A program made the position numbers and the translations under genes. Positions 11,286-25,330 of a DNA stretch of 64,000 nucleotides are shown here, piece after piece. This DNA is from the human T2T-CHM13v2.0 reference genome, Homo sapiens: the NCBI RefSeq assembly GCF_009914755.1, contig NC_060931.1; one strand, 5' to 3'. Every line of letters begins with the position of its first letter. Positions within the stretch are counted from its first letter, which is position 1. The notes beneath the pieces are model-generated. The model was given only the letters and a program-made list of their open reading frames with translations. It did not search any database and was not told the origin of the DNA.

Positions 11286-12872
11286 CTAAATATTAACTGA
11301 TTTATAAAAGTTTCTTTTTTCCCCCCTTTTTAAAATGTTGGTGCCTGAGTGTCTTTTTGATCTACCTTTGGGTATTTACATTTTGTATATTTCAATAAAA
11401 GTAACAAATAATTCACCATTAAAAACTTTTAGCACCTTTCCACCCCCATTTTGAAAAGTAATTAAGGTCCAGAGAGTTCTCCATATTTAAAGGTATTGTT
11501 ATATAGCTGAACATATGTATTTTGTGACAGACTGCAGTACCAAGAGCTCTCTTTCTATTCCTTTCAAGAACAAAAGTGCTAATAGGAAATAGTGAGAGCT
11601 GAACCCAGGGACCAAGAGAGAAAATGTCCTGAAGGAAAGAGAAGCCAAGCTGTTATGAGCACATGTTTAGAGAAGCCGAATGCAGAAAGAAGTCCTTTAC
11701 TCTTGTGAAAGGCTGTGCCTGTTCCTAGTTTGGACAACTCCTTCCCAAAGTGCAGGAGGTTTATGTGCCGTGTAGCATGGGAGCTTCCCAGGCCGTAGTT
11801 CTATTATTCAAGGGAAGGTTATAAACCAAGAGCCCATCTCATGATAGGCTGGTCTGGGACACTCATTCAGATAAACGTCAGGACGTTTTTTTTTTTTTTT
11901 CCGAGTTGCTAGGAAGTATTTGGAGGGGCTGAGGCTCAGATCACTGCACAGTTTTTATATGTTCTGGACTGTATTTTAGATGAGGGTTTTAAAAAATATC
12001 AATTAGAATTCATATGTACATTCAAGGCCCTTGAGTTTCCAAAGCAGGCACACAAAATTAAGTGAGTCAGCTTAACAACCCTGTTTATCTCACATTTTAA
12101 AACAAAACTTCATTTGACAGCCTCAAGGGTAGATTTTTGTTTTTATGGTGTTTCAATCATTTTATTCAAAACTGACCATTATAATAAAGCTGCATTTGGT
12201 GGAAAGAGTGTCTACAATTTCCTGAAGCCAGATTTCATTCATTCATGAATATTCTATTTCTTGAGGTTAGAATGTGGCAGCTCCTCTGAAGGTCAGGTTA
12301 GAATGTGTCCACTCAGTGCCCAGTGATCAGAACACATAACCATGTCCTAATGTGTTGAACTTGTGCAAGCCAGATGTAAGCTATTAGACACAATTAGTGA
12401 TTCAGATTCCAAGGAGTTGCTTTTCGTGTCAATGGCAAAAATGGAGGATATTAATTGCACTGCTTCGAGTTTCAGCCTCTTCAGCCGAATGAGATGTTTT
12501 GTGATTTCCCCAGGAGCATGAGGCTTGAAGCTGAAATATATTTCATGACAGATTGACAAATAGGGCAGCTTTTTAAAACATATTCTAGATTCTGGAATAT
12601 AAAACAAGAACAAATAATAAAGAATGAGTTTGATTTTCTGTCTCAAATACAAGTAAGTTGTTTTCAAAGGATTATCTTATTTAACATTTGCATTTTTTAT
12701 AAAATGTGTGTTTTTTCTCTATTTTTCTTATATATGGAAATGCATCATTGATATATTCTATATGGGTTTTTAATTCAGCAATAATTTAGCTGTAATTATT
12801 ACTTGTTTGGGTGTTCAGAGTGGGAGTAAAATGTAGAAAATAATCAAATATTTAAGTTTATTTGTTTTTCAC

Positions 12873-13510
12873 TGTAGTAAGCCAAATAATGTCCCTCTCC
12901 CCACTATCCTCCCAAATAAATGCTTACATACTGACCACTGGAAGCTAAGAAGATGTTATATTATTTGACAAAAGGGACTTTGTAGATGTAATTAACATCA
13001 GGGAACTTTATATAGAATATTATCTGATTGGACACAATCTAATCTAAATACGATGAGTTTTCTTATTCCATTGCCTCAGTCATGTTTTTGATCAATGTCA
13101 TGTCATCACAGAGATTCTTTCTGCCCTTTCTGCTGAAAATCACACTCTATCTTATTCTATCATGATATTCTGCAGTTTGTATCTATCAATCTAGAGATCT
13201 TACACTGTATCAGTTTTTTAAAGCAAATAACTTTGGCTGGAGGCAGAGAGAGATGTGGAGAATCTCTCATGACCCTTGTCTCTTGGAATTTCATGGAGAT
13301 TTCCAGAGCAATAAGGGTTTGAAACACCACCACTGTTTTTGAGAACTGGTCCATGTGCAAGGACTGGAATGTGGCTTCTTGAGGTGAAATGTGGCCGCCA
13401 GATGACAGTTGGCAAGGAAATTAGATTCTGCTAATAATGTGCATGAGATTGAAAGTAAGTTTTACCCAGGGCCTCTATAGAACTGTGATATTATAAGTTT
13501 ATGTTGCTCT
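12873..13510 (+). mobile_element. MLT1 (D/E/F-like) LTR, interrupted at ~13050-13215
   Basis: TGTAGTAAGCCAAATAATG...AAAAGGGACTTTGTAGATGTAATTAA...AATCTAATC, resuming with GGCTGGAGGCAGAGAGAGATG...AGAACTGTGATATTATAAGTTTATGTTG. Confidence 0.75.
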
Positions 13511-14699
13511 TGTTCTGGTAAGCACTCACCTATCTCCTAGCCCTGTATGAGTCTAGGAATTGCTTTAATTTCTTTACATCTTCCTGGCATTTCTTTCTCT
13601 GTTATCTTTCACCCTAACCATGCATACATTTTTATTAAGCAATGCACTCAAGGGGAACATTCTACAAGTTTCTGTATCTTTTTTATCTGCATAGCTCCTT
13701 TCTTTCTAGTCTCTTCCCAATTGATTGTAGCTACCTCCGCCTCCTTACATTAATTCTGAGATCTGGCTTCTCAACTCATTGAGAACACCATGCCCTCTTG
13801 TGTTCCCCCTCCCTGAGCTGTAGTTCAAAAAGTACCTTAAGGAACACAAATCCAGTAATCACAGGCCTCACCTCATTTATTTATTTTATTATAGATCAAC
13901 ATATGGCAATATCTCTTGTCCAATATCTTAAAAGAGTTTTTCCCACAGAGTTTTTCCACTTGTCAATTTTTTTTACAGCAAAGGCAATTCCGTAGTCATT
14001 CCCCCATCATCCCATAAAAGGAAGCCCCCACAGTAGGGAATTTTTTAACTGGGAATTTCCACTTCTTTAAAATCATTTTTATTGACTTGTTATTTGGGAC
14101 TTTGTCCATGCTGTTGCCTTTTCCAAAGGTGAAATATAACAAATAGACTATTTTTTAAAAATGTATCTGCAGCTTTCAGAAGCCTTGGCAATCATGTAAC
14201 TCTTGAACCTGCATCAGCAGAATTATGTCCTTGCCTTCATGATCCAAGTCTTCTGCTTGCTGTCTACTGGGGAGAATAAGCAGGGTCTGAGGTTCAGGTG
14301 ACAAATGTCAGACTACAAACATGAAGGAGAAATGAAGTATGAAAGAAATTGAAGCAGTATATATTGACTATTACTTTCAAAGTATTTTGTGTAAAACTAG
14401 AGTGGTACATTCTGATGAGATATTGGAAATACCAGGATTAAAGAAAAACTACTTTTATTTGAGGTAAGAAGACATATATATGCTTTCTAACTGAAAGAAT
14501 AAACTATTTGGAAGAGAAACAGAAAATGGAGATAAAAACATTTGAAAAAGAAAAACCCAAAAGAGGTAGAAAAAGACAAAACTAAGAGAATAGGGTTGAT
14601 GGGTGAAATTAACTTTAAAAGAAATACGAATATTGTCTTATCTAACTCTACAGAAGAAAACACAGAAAAATAAATATATATTATCGAGATATATATATT

Positions 14700-14830
14700 T
14701 TATGTGTTGGGCATTATGTGTGCTAATTTATTCTGTGACCATGAGACACATTAGGTCAATATTGTGATTCCTATTTCAAAAGCAAGAAAGTAAGAACTGA
14801 GAGTTTAAATAACTTGTCCTGTCTTCTTCA
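14700..14830 (-). mobile_element. MIR fragment
   Basis: Degenerate MIR core ATTCCTATTTCAAAAGCAAGAAAGTAAGAACTGAGAGTTTAAATAACTTGTCC. Confidence 0.5.
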
Positions 14831-15059
14831 GAAGTCAGTGTGAGCCTTTCACAGCAGGAATATATTCAAGCCATTTTCCTACTCAAGACCTCCAATTATT
14901 TCCATCCTACACAGTATCAAAACCAACAGGCTGTGGCTTACAGGATCCAGACGGTCTTGCAGGTCCATGTTGGTTTGAACTCAGGAAGCATCATCTCCTA
15001 CAGCTTTCCCAAGGGGGATCTGCTTCCACTCCTTGGGGCTTCCTTCTTCTCGTCTGCAA

Positions 15060-15424
15060 ACTCCCAGGGCTACCTCTCCCTCCAGAGCCTTTGCACTTAC
15101 TATTCCCTGTGCTAGGAATTACCATCATGTTTCTTATTCCATTACCTCAGTCATGTCTCTGATCAAATATCCTTGCTTCAGATAGGTTCTTTCTGCCCTT
15201 TCTATTGAAAATCACACCTCTATCATACCGCATCATGACATTTTGATTTTTGTCTCTATCAGTCCAGTTATCCTATACAGTATTTGTTCAATTTCTGTCA
15301 CATCCGTGAGAATGTATGTTCCATAAGGGAAGGAATGTTGTTTTGTTTGTTCAGCATTGCAGTCCCAGAGGCTAAATGGATACCAGACACATAGAAGCTA
15401 CTCAATAAATATTCACTGGATTAA
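15060..15424 (+). mobile_element. L2 3' end
   Basis: GAGCCTTTGCACTTACTATTCCCTGTGCTAGGAA...AGAATGTATGTTCCATAAGGG...CACATAGAAGCTACTCAATAAATATT; TGAATGAA tail continues after the Alu. Confidence 0.75.
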
Positions 15425-15750
15425 GGCTGGGTGCAGTGGCTCATGCCCTGTAATCCCAGCACTTTGGGAGGCCGAGGCAGGTGGATCACCTGAAGTCAGG
15501 AGTTCAACACCAGCCTTGGCCAACATGGTGAAACCCAGTATTTACTAAAAAAAACAACAACAACAAAAACAAAAAACAAAAATTAGCCGGTCTTGGTGGT
15601 GGGCACCTGTAATCCCAGCTACTCAGGAGGCTGAGGCAGGCATAATTACTTAAACCCAGGAGGTGGAGGTTGGAGTGAACCGAGATCGCGCCGCTGCACT
15701 CCAGCCTGGGTGACAGAGCAAAGCTCTGTCTCCAAAAAAGAACAAAAAAA
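15425..15750 (+). mobile_element. AluSx-like with expanded A-rich linker, inserted in the L2 tail
   Basis: GGCTGGGTGCAGTGGCTC...GATCACCTGAAGTCAGGAGTTC; (AAC)n-expanded linker; TGGATTAA on both flanks. Confidence 0.95.
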
Positions 15751-16744
15751 TTGTTATTGGATTAATAAGCAACTGAATGAAGAGCCATACAGCTAACAAA
15801 TCTTGATAACCCCAATTTCATTTTTTAAATTTCATCGGAATAAGGGAAAGTAAGGATTCTTAGGTAATGTGTTACTAAATGTTTTAGTAGATAGCAAAAT
15901 CAAGAATAGCATTTATCTTCATGGGAGCAGTATAAAAATAGATCCTGACATTTTGGCTGTCGTTGTGATAGTCATAATAAAAGCTAAGCTTCACTGAATG
16001 ATGCACATATGATAAACACTTTTACATTGATAATTTTATCCAGTCAATGATTTTATTATTTCCACATTATGGGTATTGAAACTGAAGCGTATATGCTGGA
16101 AAACTGAGACCATACTCAGAAATTCAACATTCAGCTCCAGATCTATGTATTCACTCACTATACTATCTCATGGTTAATCCTGCACTATCTGAGCAGCTTA
16201 CTTCTAATTCACAGCTAGGGAGGTTTTAATCTGTGCTTAAGAAAAAAATACAACTGAATTTTACTCCATCCCTTCCTATCTCATTTAACAACATTTAATA
16301 TTTTACATAAAGCACTTAAATGACAACCTTATTTTATATGATGTCTCACAAAAATAGTAGAACAAATAAGAGGTTCGCAACTTGTAAGAATTGATGTGAT
16401 ACTACTCCAGGGATTCCAAGCATTGATGTTACAGAAAGAGAGAGGGGTTTAAAAGAGAAGGAAAAAAATATAGTGAAGTCACAAGACAGCAGGCAGAAAT
16501 TGACAAGAAGAAATAAAGATGGAGGAGAGAGAAAAGACACATGGATGAGGAGCAGAAGAGAGAGAAAAATACAGAAGAAGGAATAGGCAGGGAGATTCAT
16601 AAAAAACACGACACTGTAGACCCAAGATTCAAGAGGGAATGAGAAAGAACTCGTCAGCTTTAACTCTGCACAAACTCACACAAAAATAAAAACTCTCTTT
16701 GTTTTTATTTCTTTGTCTTGGCCATCTTTTGTGTGAAATTAACA

Positions 16745-17223
16745 TTATTTTAAATTTGCAGATCATAATTATATGTATTTATGTCTATATAATTTATATA
16801 TATATATTTGTTTACAATTTGATATTTTGATAAATGTATACAATGGGCATGCCTAAATCAAGCTAATTAAAATAGCCATCACCTCATCACCTAGCTTACT
16901 TTTTATTTTTTTGTGGTGAGACATTTGAAATTTGTTCTCAGTATTTTGAAACATACAATGCATTATTATATGCTATAGTCATCCTGCTATGCAATAGATC
17001 TCAAAACTTATTCCTCTTGTCTACCTGAAACTATGTTTATCACAAGAGTTTTCAATTTTATCAAACGCTTTCTGCATTTATTGAGCTAATGATATGGTTT
17101 TTGTCCTTTGTTAATGTGATCAGTTACGCTTATTGATTTGCTTATGTTAAACCACGCTTGCATCTCAGGGTTAAATCCCACTTGATTATGGTGACTAATT
17201 CTTTTAATATGTTGTTGAATTCA
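16745..17223 (-). mobile_element. L1MA-type element: 3'UTR fused to an ORF2 RT fragment
   Basis: 16745-17036 is an L1MA 3'UTR (AATCAAGCTAATTAA...TTTGTGGTGAGACATTTGAAA...AATAGATCTCAAAACTTATTCCTC); 17037-17223 translates [16 protein letters not shown] on the minus strand. Confidence 0.85.
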
Positions 17224-17564
17224 CCAAAAACCTTTCTCTTACCAGTATTTAACACATATGTCTTGGCATCCATACTCTGAACACATCAAAATTCTACCCA
17301 AATGCCACAAATATTCATTATTTTGCTTCTAGTGAGCATGTCAGTCTTAGTCAGATCCCCTGGTCCAAATTAATGATGTACGTATCTCACCTCTGTATTA
17401 CTCTCATCCAACCTTTAGGTAGCTAATATCTCTGGCCAGGAGGCACATGCTTAGAAAGAATGTGATTCACCCATAATTATAATCATCCCCATCTAAGACC
17501 TGTTTAACCTTAGCCTCATCTCTAATGCCATTGCCATAATAATAGCTGTGTGAGTTTGAGGATG

Positions 17565-17715
17565 AGGCAGATCTGGGTTGTGGGCTGTATGTGTGGTCTT
17601 GGGTAAATTTACTTCCCTGTTTGTTTTTTTTTCCACTGTGAAAGAATAACTAATTGGTTGGATTCTCATAAGGATTAAAGATAATGTATGAAATGTGTGT
17701 TGCACTGCATTTGCA
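17565..17715 (+). mobile_element. MIR
   Basis: TGTGTGGTCTTGGGTAAATTTACTTCCCTG...CTCATAAGGATTAAAGATAATGTATGAAA. Confidence 0.65.
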
Positions 17716-19621
17716 CATAGTATTATCTTTAAAAGTATAGAAAATATTCATTTCAAAGACTAGAAAAAGATAAGTGAAGACTAGAATAGTCTGATGAATA
17801 TAGAAGTTGTATTCCAAATTTACATCATGCAAAAATAAAAATTACAATTCATTTTAAAAATAATTCATCAAAGCTCTTATTTCAATCAACTTATTTTTTT
17901 TTTCAATTTGGCTAACCTACATCACGCTGAAAGGCTGTTTGGACTGCTCGATTTTTCTAGATGCTTCTTTACACAGGAAGATACTACTTTAGAGCATAAC
18001 ATATTTTCCTAAATTATGTCTATTACATTATTTGATGGTTTACAGAGAACAGGTCAGAGTTGATGAATAGTGGGGCTAGACTAGATTATACATCTGAAGA
18101 AATCAATAAGTTCATAAACAAACAAAATTATCTTTAGAAACTAAGCAGGTGTGTTGAATGCTTTATTGCTTAATTTACATTATAGCTTTTGCAAAATGAA
18201 GTTTGCCTTGTGACACTTATTGTTTTAATAATATTTTCTACTTTGGAAAAAAATTGCTTAGCATATAAAATAAAACTGTTTTACTTTTTATGTAGTTTGA
18301 TTTTTTTTTAATTTGGGTGTTATTGATTATGGTAGATAAACATTGAGTCACAAAGCAGTTTATACATGAGCACAGTAATTCTTCATCCTGTTTATTGAGG
18401 GCAGGTTTGAAATTGAAATGCCATATGCCATTATGAGGAACCAGTAGTTTATGCATAAAGGCAGCCAAGAATAGTTTGCTGAAATTAATGTCGTGGAAAC
18501 TCTTGGAAAAGCAAATAAAACTCAGAGGTTACTTGTATTATTCTACATATTATTATCCTGTGTATATTTTCCAATAATTTTATTTGAACTTACAAATAAT
18601 CATAGTGATGATAATGTTAGATTGATGATAATTCCTGCTATTTCAGAAATTTAACAAGACAGATAAAAGTTTATGCTCATTTTCTATTGACTTTCTGGGC
18701 TCATAAAAAGCCAGAATCCTATATTCATATAATCAGCATAAATCAGGAAGAAATAAGTAAATCAGAAACAATGGAGGTCAATGTTATTTGATGTGAAATT
18801 TCTTTTGAAGTTTTAAAGATTTCTTGATTTTAGATGACCCAATTTACTGAAAATGCTTATAATGTGTTTCTCCATGCATAGGCATATGTGACCAAATTGC
18901 AGGAAAAGAAATATTGTTTCTAAATAACGTTTTTGCTTCAAGTAAGTGACTATGCAAATTTGAGGAAAGGGAAGGAAAATCTGTATTAATCAATATTAAG
19001 GAGCTAAAAGAAATCCTATGTGTTTAATTACATCTGAGAAAGAAAAAAAGTTCAAAATGAAAATGTAAAGTCTAGTTTTCACTTGTTCAGGTCAAATTTG
19101 ATTTCTTTAGTATTAGTAATTTTTTAATTACTTTCATACTCAAGAAATATTTTTGAATAAATATGCCTAGTGTTTCATTTGTCAGTGAACTGGATTTGAC
19201 ATACAGCTCTCCTAAAAAGTTACAGTAATCAGAGTGCAGATAATGTTATTGATATAAGCTTTATCAATAAATACTTGAATAAGAGTTAGGAAACCTGAGT
19301 TATAACCCTTTTTTTTAAAAAAAATCATTTTTTCAAAACATGGGAAAAGTAAATCTTTCTAAACTTGTTACCTCATTTAAAAAACTGATACAATAATATT
19401 TTTTCATGTTCAATGAGATTATTAGGATAATTAAATGAACCTTTAAAAATGTGAGTGAGTAACAAATCTTAGAATGAGGACATGGGTATAGAAAGAACGA
19501 TAGAATGTGTAGCTATGGAGATACTACTGCAACTTCAGCAGACAGACGTAGAGTAGAAGTTATTGAGAGAAAGAAGACTGTGGTGGAGAGAAAAGATTTT
19601 CCAGAACAATATGCTCTATTC

Positions 19622-20008
19622 TGTTATGGAATGAATGTTTGTGTCAGCCCAAAATTCATATGTTGAAATTGTAAATGCCAATGTGATTATATTTGGAAAT
19701 AGAACATTTGGGAGGTAATTAGGGTAGACTGAGGCATGCTATTGTGGCTTAATGGCCTTATAAGAAGAGAGAGCTAGAGATATCACCTCTTTCTCTCTGC
19801 TCACTCATACCCACACTGAGTAGCTATGAGAGGATAGAGTGAAAAGCCAGCCTTCTGCAAGCCAGGAAGAGAGGCTTCGTCAGGAACTGAATAGGCCAGC
19901 ACCTGATTTTAAACATCCCACTTCTCAGAATTGTGAGAAATAAATTTCTGTTGTTTAAGCCACTCAGTATATGGTACTGTGTTAAAGCAGCCTGACCACA
20001 CTAAGACA
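19622..20008 (+). mobile_element. MLT1A-like solo LTR
   Basis: TGTTATGGAATGAATGTTTGTGTC...AAATTCATATGTTGAAA...AATAAATTTCTGTTGTTTAAGCCACTCAG...CTAAGACA. Confidence 0.88.
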
Positions 20009-20042
20009 GTTACCCATCAGCAACAAGTATGAATTTAAAAGA

Positions 20043-20108
<66 letters not shown>
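20043..20108. repeat. (GA)n microsatellite
   Basis: ~32 units with one interruption. Confidence 0.98.
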
Positions 20109-20113
<5 letters not shown>

Positions 20114-22946
20114 TCAGGATGGAGGGAGAGAAGCAAATAAAGAATGGTGGAGAACAGTGAGAAATAAAAGAAAGAAGACTGTAGTTTTTAGGTGATTAAC
20201 TATGGAAAGAGAAGAAAACAAAAGAAAATAGAACACAAAATTTACAATAGTTGAGCATCCAAAAGTCTGGGACCAGTTTTCTGAAGCAACGATGGTAGGG
20301 TCTGTCATTATAATCAACTAAAGTGACATAAAAATAAAATTGTATTACCTACAACCCTTTGAAGAAAAAATTATTTGGCTTTTATTGCAGGCAGATATAA
20401 TCATATTAAATTGAGTTAAAAATATTAAAATCACTTATCTTTTATATATTTTATATATTTCATTTTGAATTATATCTGAGCTAGAATGGTTTTATATTTT
20501 TAAGAGATGTCAACCATAGTGTACATTCATTCATGTAGTTTTTTTAAATTTCCAAATCTAGATATTCACTTATTTTGTATAGCTCAGGTCAAATTTGGTT
20601 TCTGCAGGTCTTAAGCTGTTTCAGAATTAGTAACATCTTCATTACAACCTAACACAGTAGAAATTTAGATATCTGAGTGGACTTAAATAACGCTACTTAA
20701 CATTAAGGTAAATCAAGGTGGTAAAGTAGTAAAAATCATATGGAGAAAAAAGATAAAACTATAAAGTTGGGTGATGTGGTAGCAAGAATCCTGGGGAAAA
20801 AAACAATGGGGGAAGTAAATTGTTGTTTTGGTTCTTGCATATGTTCACCTGCTGTTTTGAATAAATCTCCTAATATCTCTGAATCTCAGTCTTGCCAGCT
20901 GTAGTAAAATGGAATAATGCTTCATGTGCCCTTTGCAGGCAAAAAATTGATGATGCAGATGAAAGTACTTTGTAATCAAAACACTATATGCATGCACATT
21001 GATGGAACTTCTCCCAAACCAATTTCGTGCTGCTTCTATATAGAGGCAATATTAAACATTCTATTCATGTCTTTAGCATGAAGTCGTTGCTGTAGATGGT
21101 GTCCATGTAGTGTTCTATAAAAAAGTGATATTCTGATATTTTAGAAAATCCAGAAAAAAAGACAGAAGAGTTTGAGATTTGAACTGGAGATTATACACGG
21201 GAAATAGAATTCTGACAAGTAGATGATGGAGTTAACCACCTGCAAGGTATAATTCACATAAGCAGAGAGGGATTATAACTGTATAAGGAACAGTCAAAGA
21301 CATGTTATCAATGTTACTCGAGAAATCATTTGAGTGTAAATGTGTGGTCAGGAAAGGTGTTTGGGTGTGAAGGACAATGGTATAGCTGTACTTTGAGTAA
21401 AAGAAGATTTTGTATAACCTCTATGGGCAAGGAAGAAAGTCATATATGGAAACTATTCAAAAGCTTATAATAATTACTCCTCTAAATAGTTCTTAAATAA
21501 TGGATTTCAACCCTTGAAGACTCTGATTAAATTACATTGGCTGATACTACTATTTAAACTGTGGGGAGCTTTTATAAGGGTACATTTAAAAAACCAATTT
21601 GTAAGTGCCAAAGATTTCATTTAATTTTAACTTATTACTCATGGGGTCTTAGAATCTGTGTTCACTCTGGGATAATTTAAGGCAATACATGCGATGACCA
21701 GAGGGAATTTGTCACTGTAACATGGTAACAGTTTTGATCATTAAATTAAGGTAAGTCAAATATCTATTGTACATTTGATAAGATTATAAGGGGTAACTTG
21801 TTAAAATTTAGTGAGATCCCCAGGTTTATTAATAACTTGAGTCCTAGTATTGATTAAGGCTGTTAAGATTGGCCAATTGATCAATTTCAGCAGATATTAA
21901 AGTTAATTCAGGACTTACGTTGTAGAGGTGCAAAGAAACGGCATCATTTTTGCTGTATAAATTATTTTATTCAATTTAGTAAGTTTTGGATATTCTACTG
22001 AGTGAAATTGAATTATGGGCCACTCTTTCAGGTTTTTAAATTTTCTTTTAGCTTCCCCCCTCTGTATTCAGATTTATTCATTTCTTCGTTTTCTCTCTAT
22101 CTCTCTCGTCTTTTTCTATTATGTGGCTACTAGATACACTTTGGGATGGGGAAGTGTCTCTCGGTGATGCTCATCTTTATATATTTCTTCCTCCAGGGAG
22201 CTTCAAATTAGTATCACCAGGGTTAGGGACCTCATCCATGGTAGATTTACCTTTTGATTCTGCCACAGGAGTGATATGAGTGTTCTTTCCTATAACCCTG
22301 AGGATCGGGATTTTCATTTTAAACAGAGGTAGCGGCAACCAGGCATTTTATAGGGTCTGAAAGAACCATGTGAATTTTAGGAGTGTGGACCTCAACAATT
22401 CTAATCTGCAAATAGTAACTGCTCTTCAAATTGTGACCACAATTCCTCCACATGAGCAACCACCTGAGGAGCCCTGGTATTGCACAGCGCAGTCTTTCCC
22501 TGGGCACTCTGTAGAATGGGATGCAGTGCTTGATTGAGACATGCAGTTAGTCATAGGGTAAGAGTCATTCCTCTGAGTTTAGCATCCATGGAAGCTTATG
22601 CTGGAATTGAGACATGATTCATCCTAGTATACACAAATAGATGTGGGCTGAGACACATAACCCAGTGCCATTTTAAGGGGAGTCCCAATCCCATACTCCT
22701 GCTCTTACATGACAATTTATTATAAAAGTTTATGACTGAGGTCAGTTATATCTGTAAGAGAGGCTCAGTAAAAACCAGGAAATGTTGCACAAAACAGCAC
22801 AGCTCAAACTCACACCAGCCATTAGGCAGAAGCTTATTGTACATGCTTGCTACTAGGTAGCAGAACCAGTTTGCAAGCCAAAGTAAGAGAAGAAGGACCC
22901 CAGTATTTGCTGTCATGGTGTAGACAATCTTATTCACAAAGCCAAT

Positions 22947-23604
<658 letters not shown>

Positions 23605-23609
23605 AGCCC

Positions 23610-25140
23610 CAAATTAATTCATGTATTTTTTACGATCACAGTTAAAAATCTATCAGGAGATTTAATAGATATTTAAAACTATTTATATGACAAAGCAAGA
23701 TACCTAAAATAGCCAATAGAATTTTTTTGTTAAAGAATAAAATTGGAGGGCTTATATTAGCTGATTTCAAGACTTAATAGGGAGTAATAAAGACAGTATG
23801 GTATTGGTATAAGGCTAAGGATATAGACCAATTGGAAAAAACAGATTTTCTGGAAATAGACCCAAACTGGTATGATTAATTACTATATGGCCAAGAAGCC
23901 AATGTAATGCAATTAAGAATATATAACCTTTTCAACACTTGGTGCTGGAACATCTGAATACATATATTGGGAAAACAAGAACCTAGACCCTTACCTAACA
24001 TTACACAAAAAAGTTAATTGAATGTGGATTATAGGCCTAATTGTAAATCATAAAATTTTTAAAATTCTAAACAAAAGCTTTTGAGAAATATTTGTGACAT
24101 TGACTTAGGTAAAAGTTTCTTATACAAAGATTTTAAAAGGTAGGAACTGTAGACAAAAAATATACACATTTTATCAAAATGAAAACCTTCTCTTCAAATA
24201 TACATTCAAGAAATGAAAAGGCAAGCCAGAGAAAATCTTTCTAATCTTTCCAAAACATGTATCAAACAGAAAGCTTCTATCAAGAATATATAAATTAAGC
24301 CTGTGAATTAGTAATAATTGGACAGACAAATTAATTAAAAGGAGGCAAAAGTTTTGAAGGGACACTTCACAAAGAAGACATATAAATGACAAATAAGCAC
24401 GTAAAATGCTTAACATCACTAGTCATCATGCAATTCCAAAAACAAAAAAGAAACACAGTAAGATACCACTGCACACTCACTATAAAAGATAAAATTGATA
24501 ATATCAGTTTTGGTAAGAATGTGGAATAACTGAAACTCATAGGATGCTAGTGGAAATGCAGTCACAGCCACTTTGGAAACAGTGTAGCAACATCTTTTTA
24601 AAATGTAACATACACTTATAGAAACCAGAAATCCCACCTATGGTTATATTTCACAAGAAAAGTGAAAATATTTGTCCACCTAAGGACTACTATGTAAATA
24701 TTTACAACAGCATTATTTAAAATAACAAAAAGGCAGAAAAAACCTGGAAACAATCCAACCATCCATTAACTAGCATATGGGTAAATGAATTGTGGCATAT
24801 TGTTACTATGGAATATTACTCAGCAGTACAAGGGAAAATACTAATATTCACAACAGTATAAGTGAATCTGGAAATGTTACTGTAAGTAAAATAATCTCAC
24901 AAAAGGCTACATTCTGTGCAATTTATTCATATGAACTCTTAGAAAAAGTATCTAGGGTCAGAAATCAGATGGGTGGTTGCCTGAGGCTGGAGACTGGGAG
25001 AGGAGATGGTCTACAAAGGGTTATGAGAATGGAACTGTTTTCCATCTTTTTTTGTGTGTTGTGAGAATTAAATGTCAGTGCACAATTATCAAAATTTCTC
25101 CAATGTATAGTTAAATGGGTGAATACAACTTAATTTAAAA
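23610..25140 (+). mobile_element. Old L1M (MC/MD/ME) ORF2 3' part and 3'UTR
   Basis: CTGATTTCAAGACTT...AAGACAGTATGGTATTGG...GGTGCTGGAAC...CACTTTGGAAACAG...CAGATGGGTGGTTGCCTGAGGCTGG. Confidence 0.85.
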
Positions 25141-25189
25141 ATTATGAAATAACGTCAGGTTTTAATTTTACTTTCATCAGTTTTTACCT

Positions 25190-25330
25190 TTGTGACTGAG
25201 CAAGTCACATAACTTTTATTTTTCTTCTCTACAAAATGGGGAAAATAATAACTATTTTGCATGGTGGTTGTGATGATGAGTGTAATACACAAAGTGTTTA
25301 GATTGTGCAGTCACATAGTTTTGTATATAT
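25190..25330 (+). mobile_element. MIR fragment
   Basis: TGTGACTGAGCAAGTCACATAAC...TCTACAAAATGGGGAAAATAATAAC...GGTTGTGATGAT. Confidence 0.6.

Noticed and set aside
12347-12667. 106-aa minus-strand ORF in unique DNA
   Set aside because: TTG start, no recognisable domain and no convincing flanking splice pair.
14672-14701. AT-rich imperfect hairpin
   Set aside because: Low-complexity (TA)n self-complementarity.
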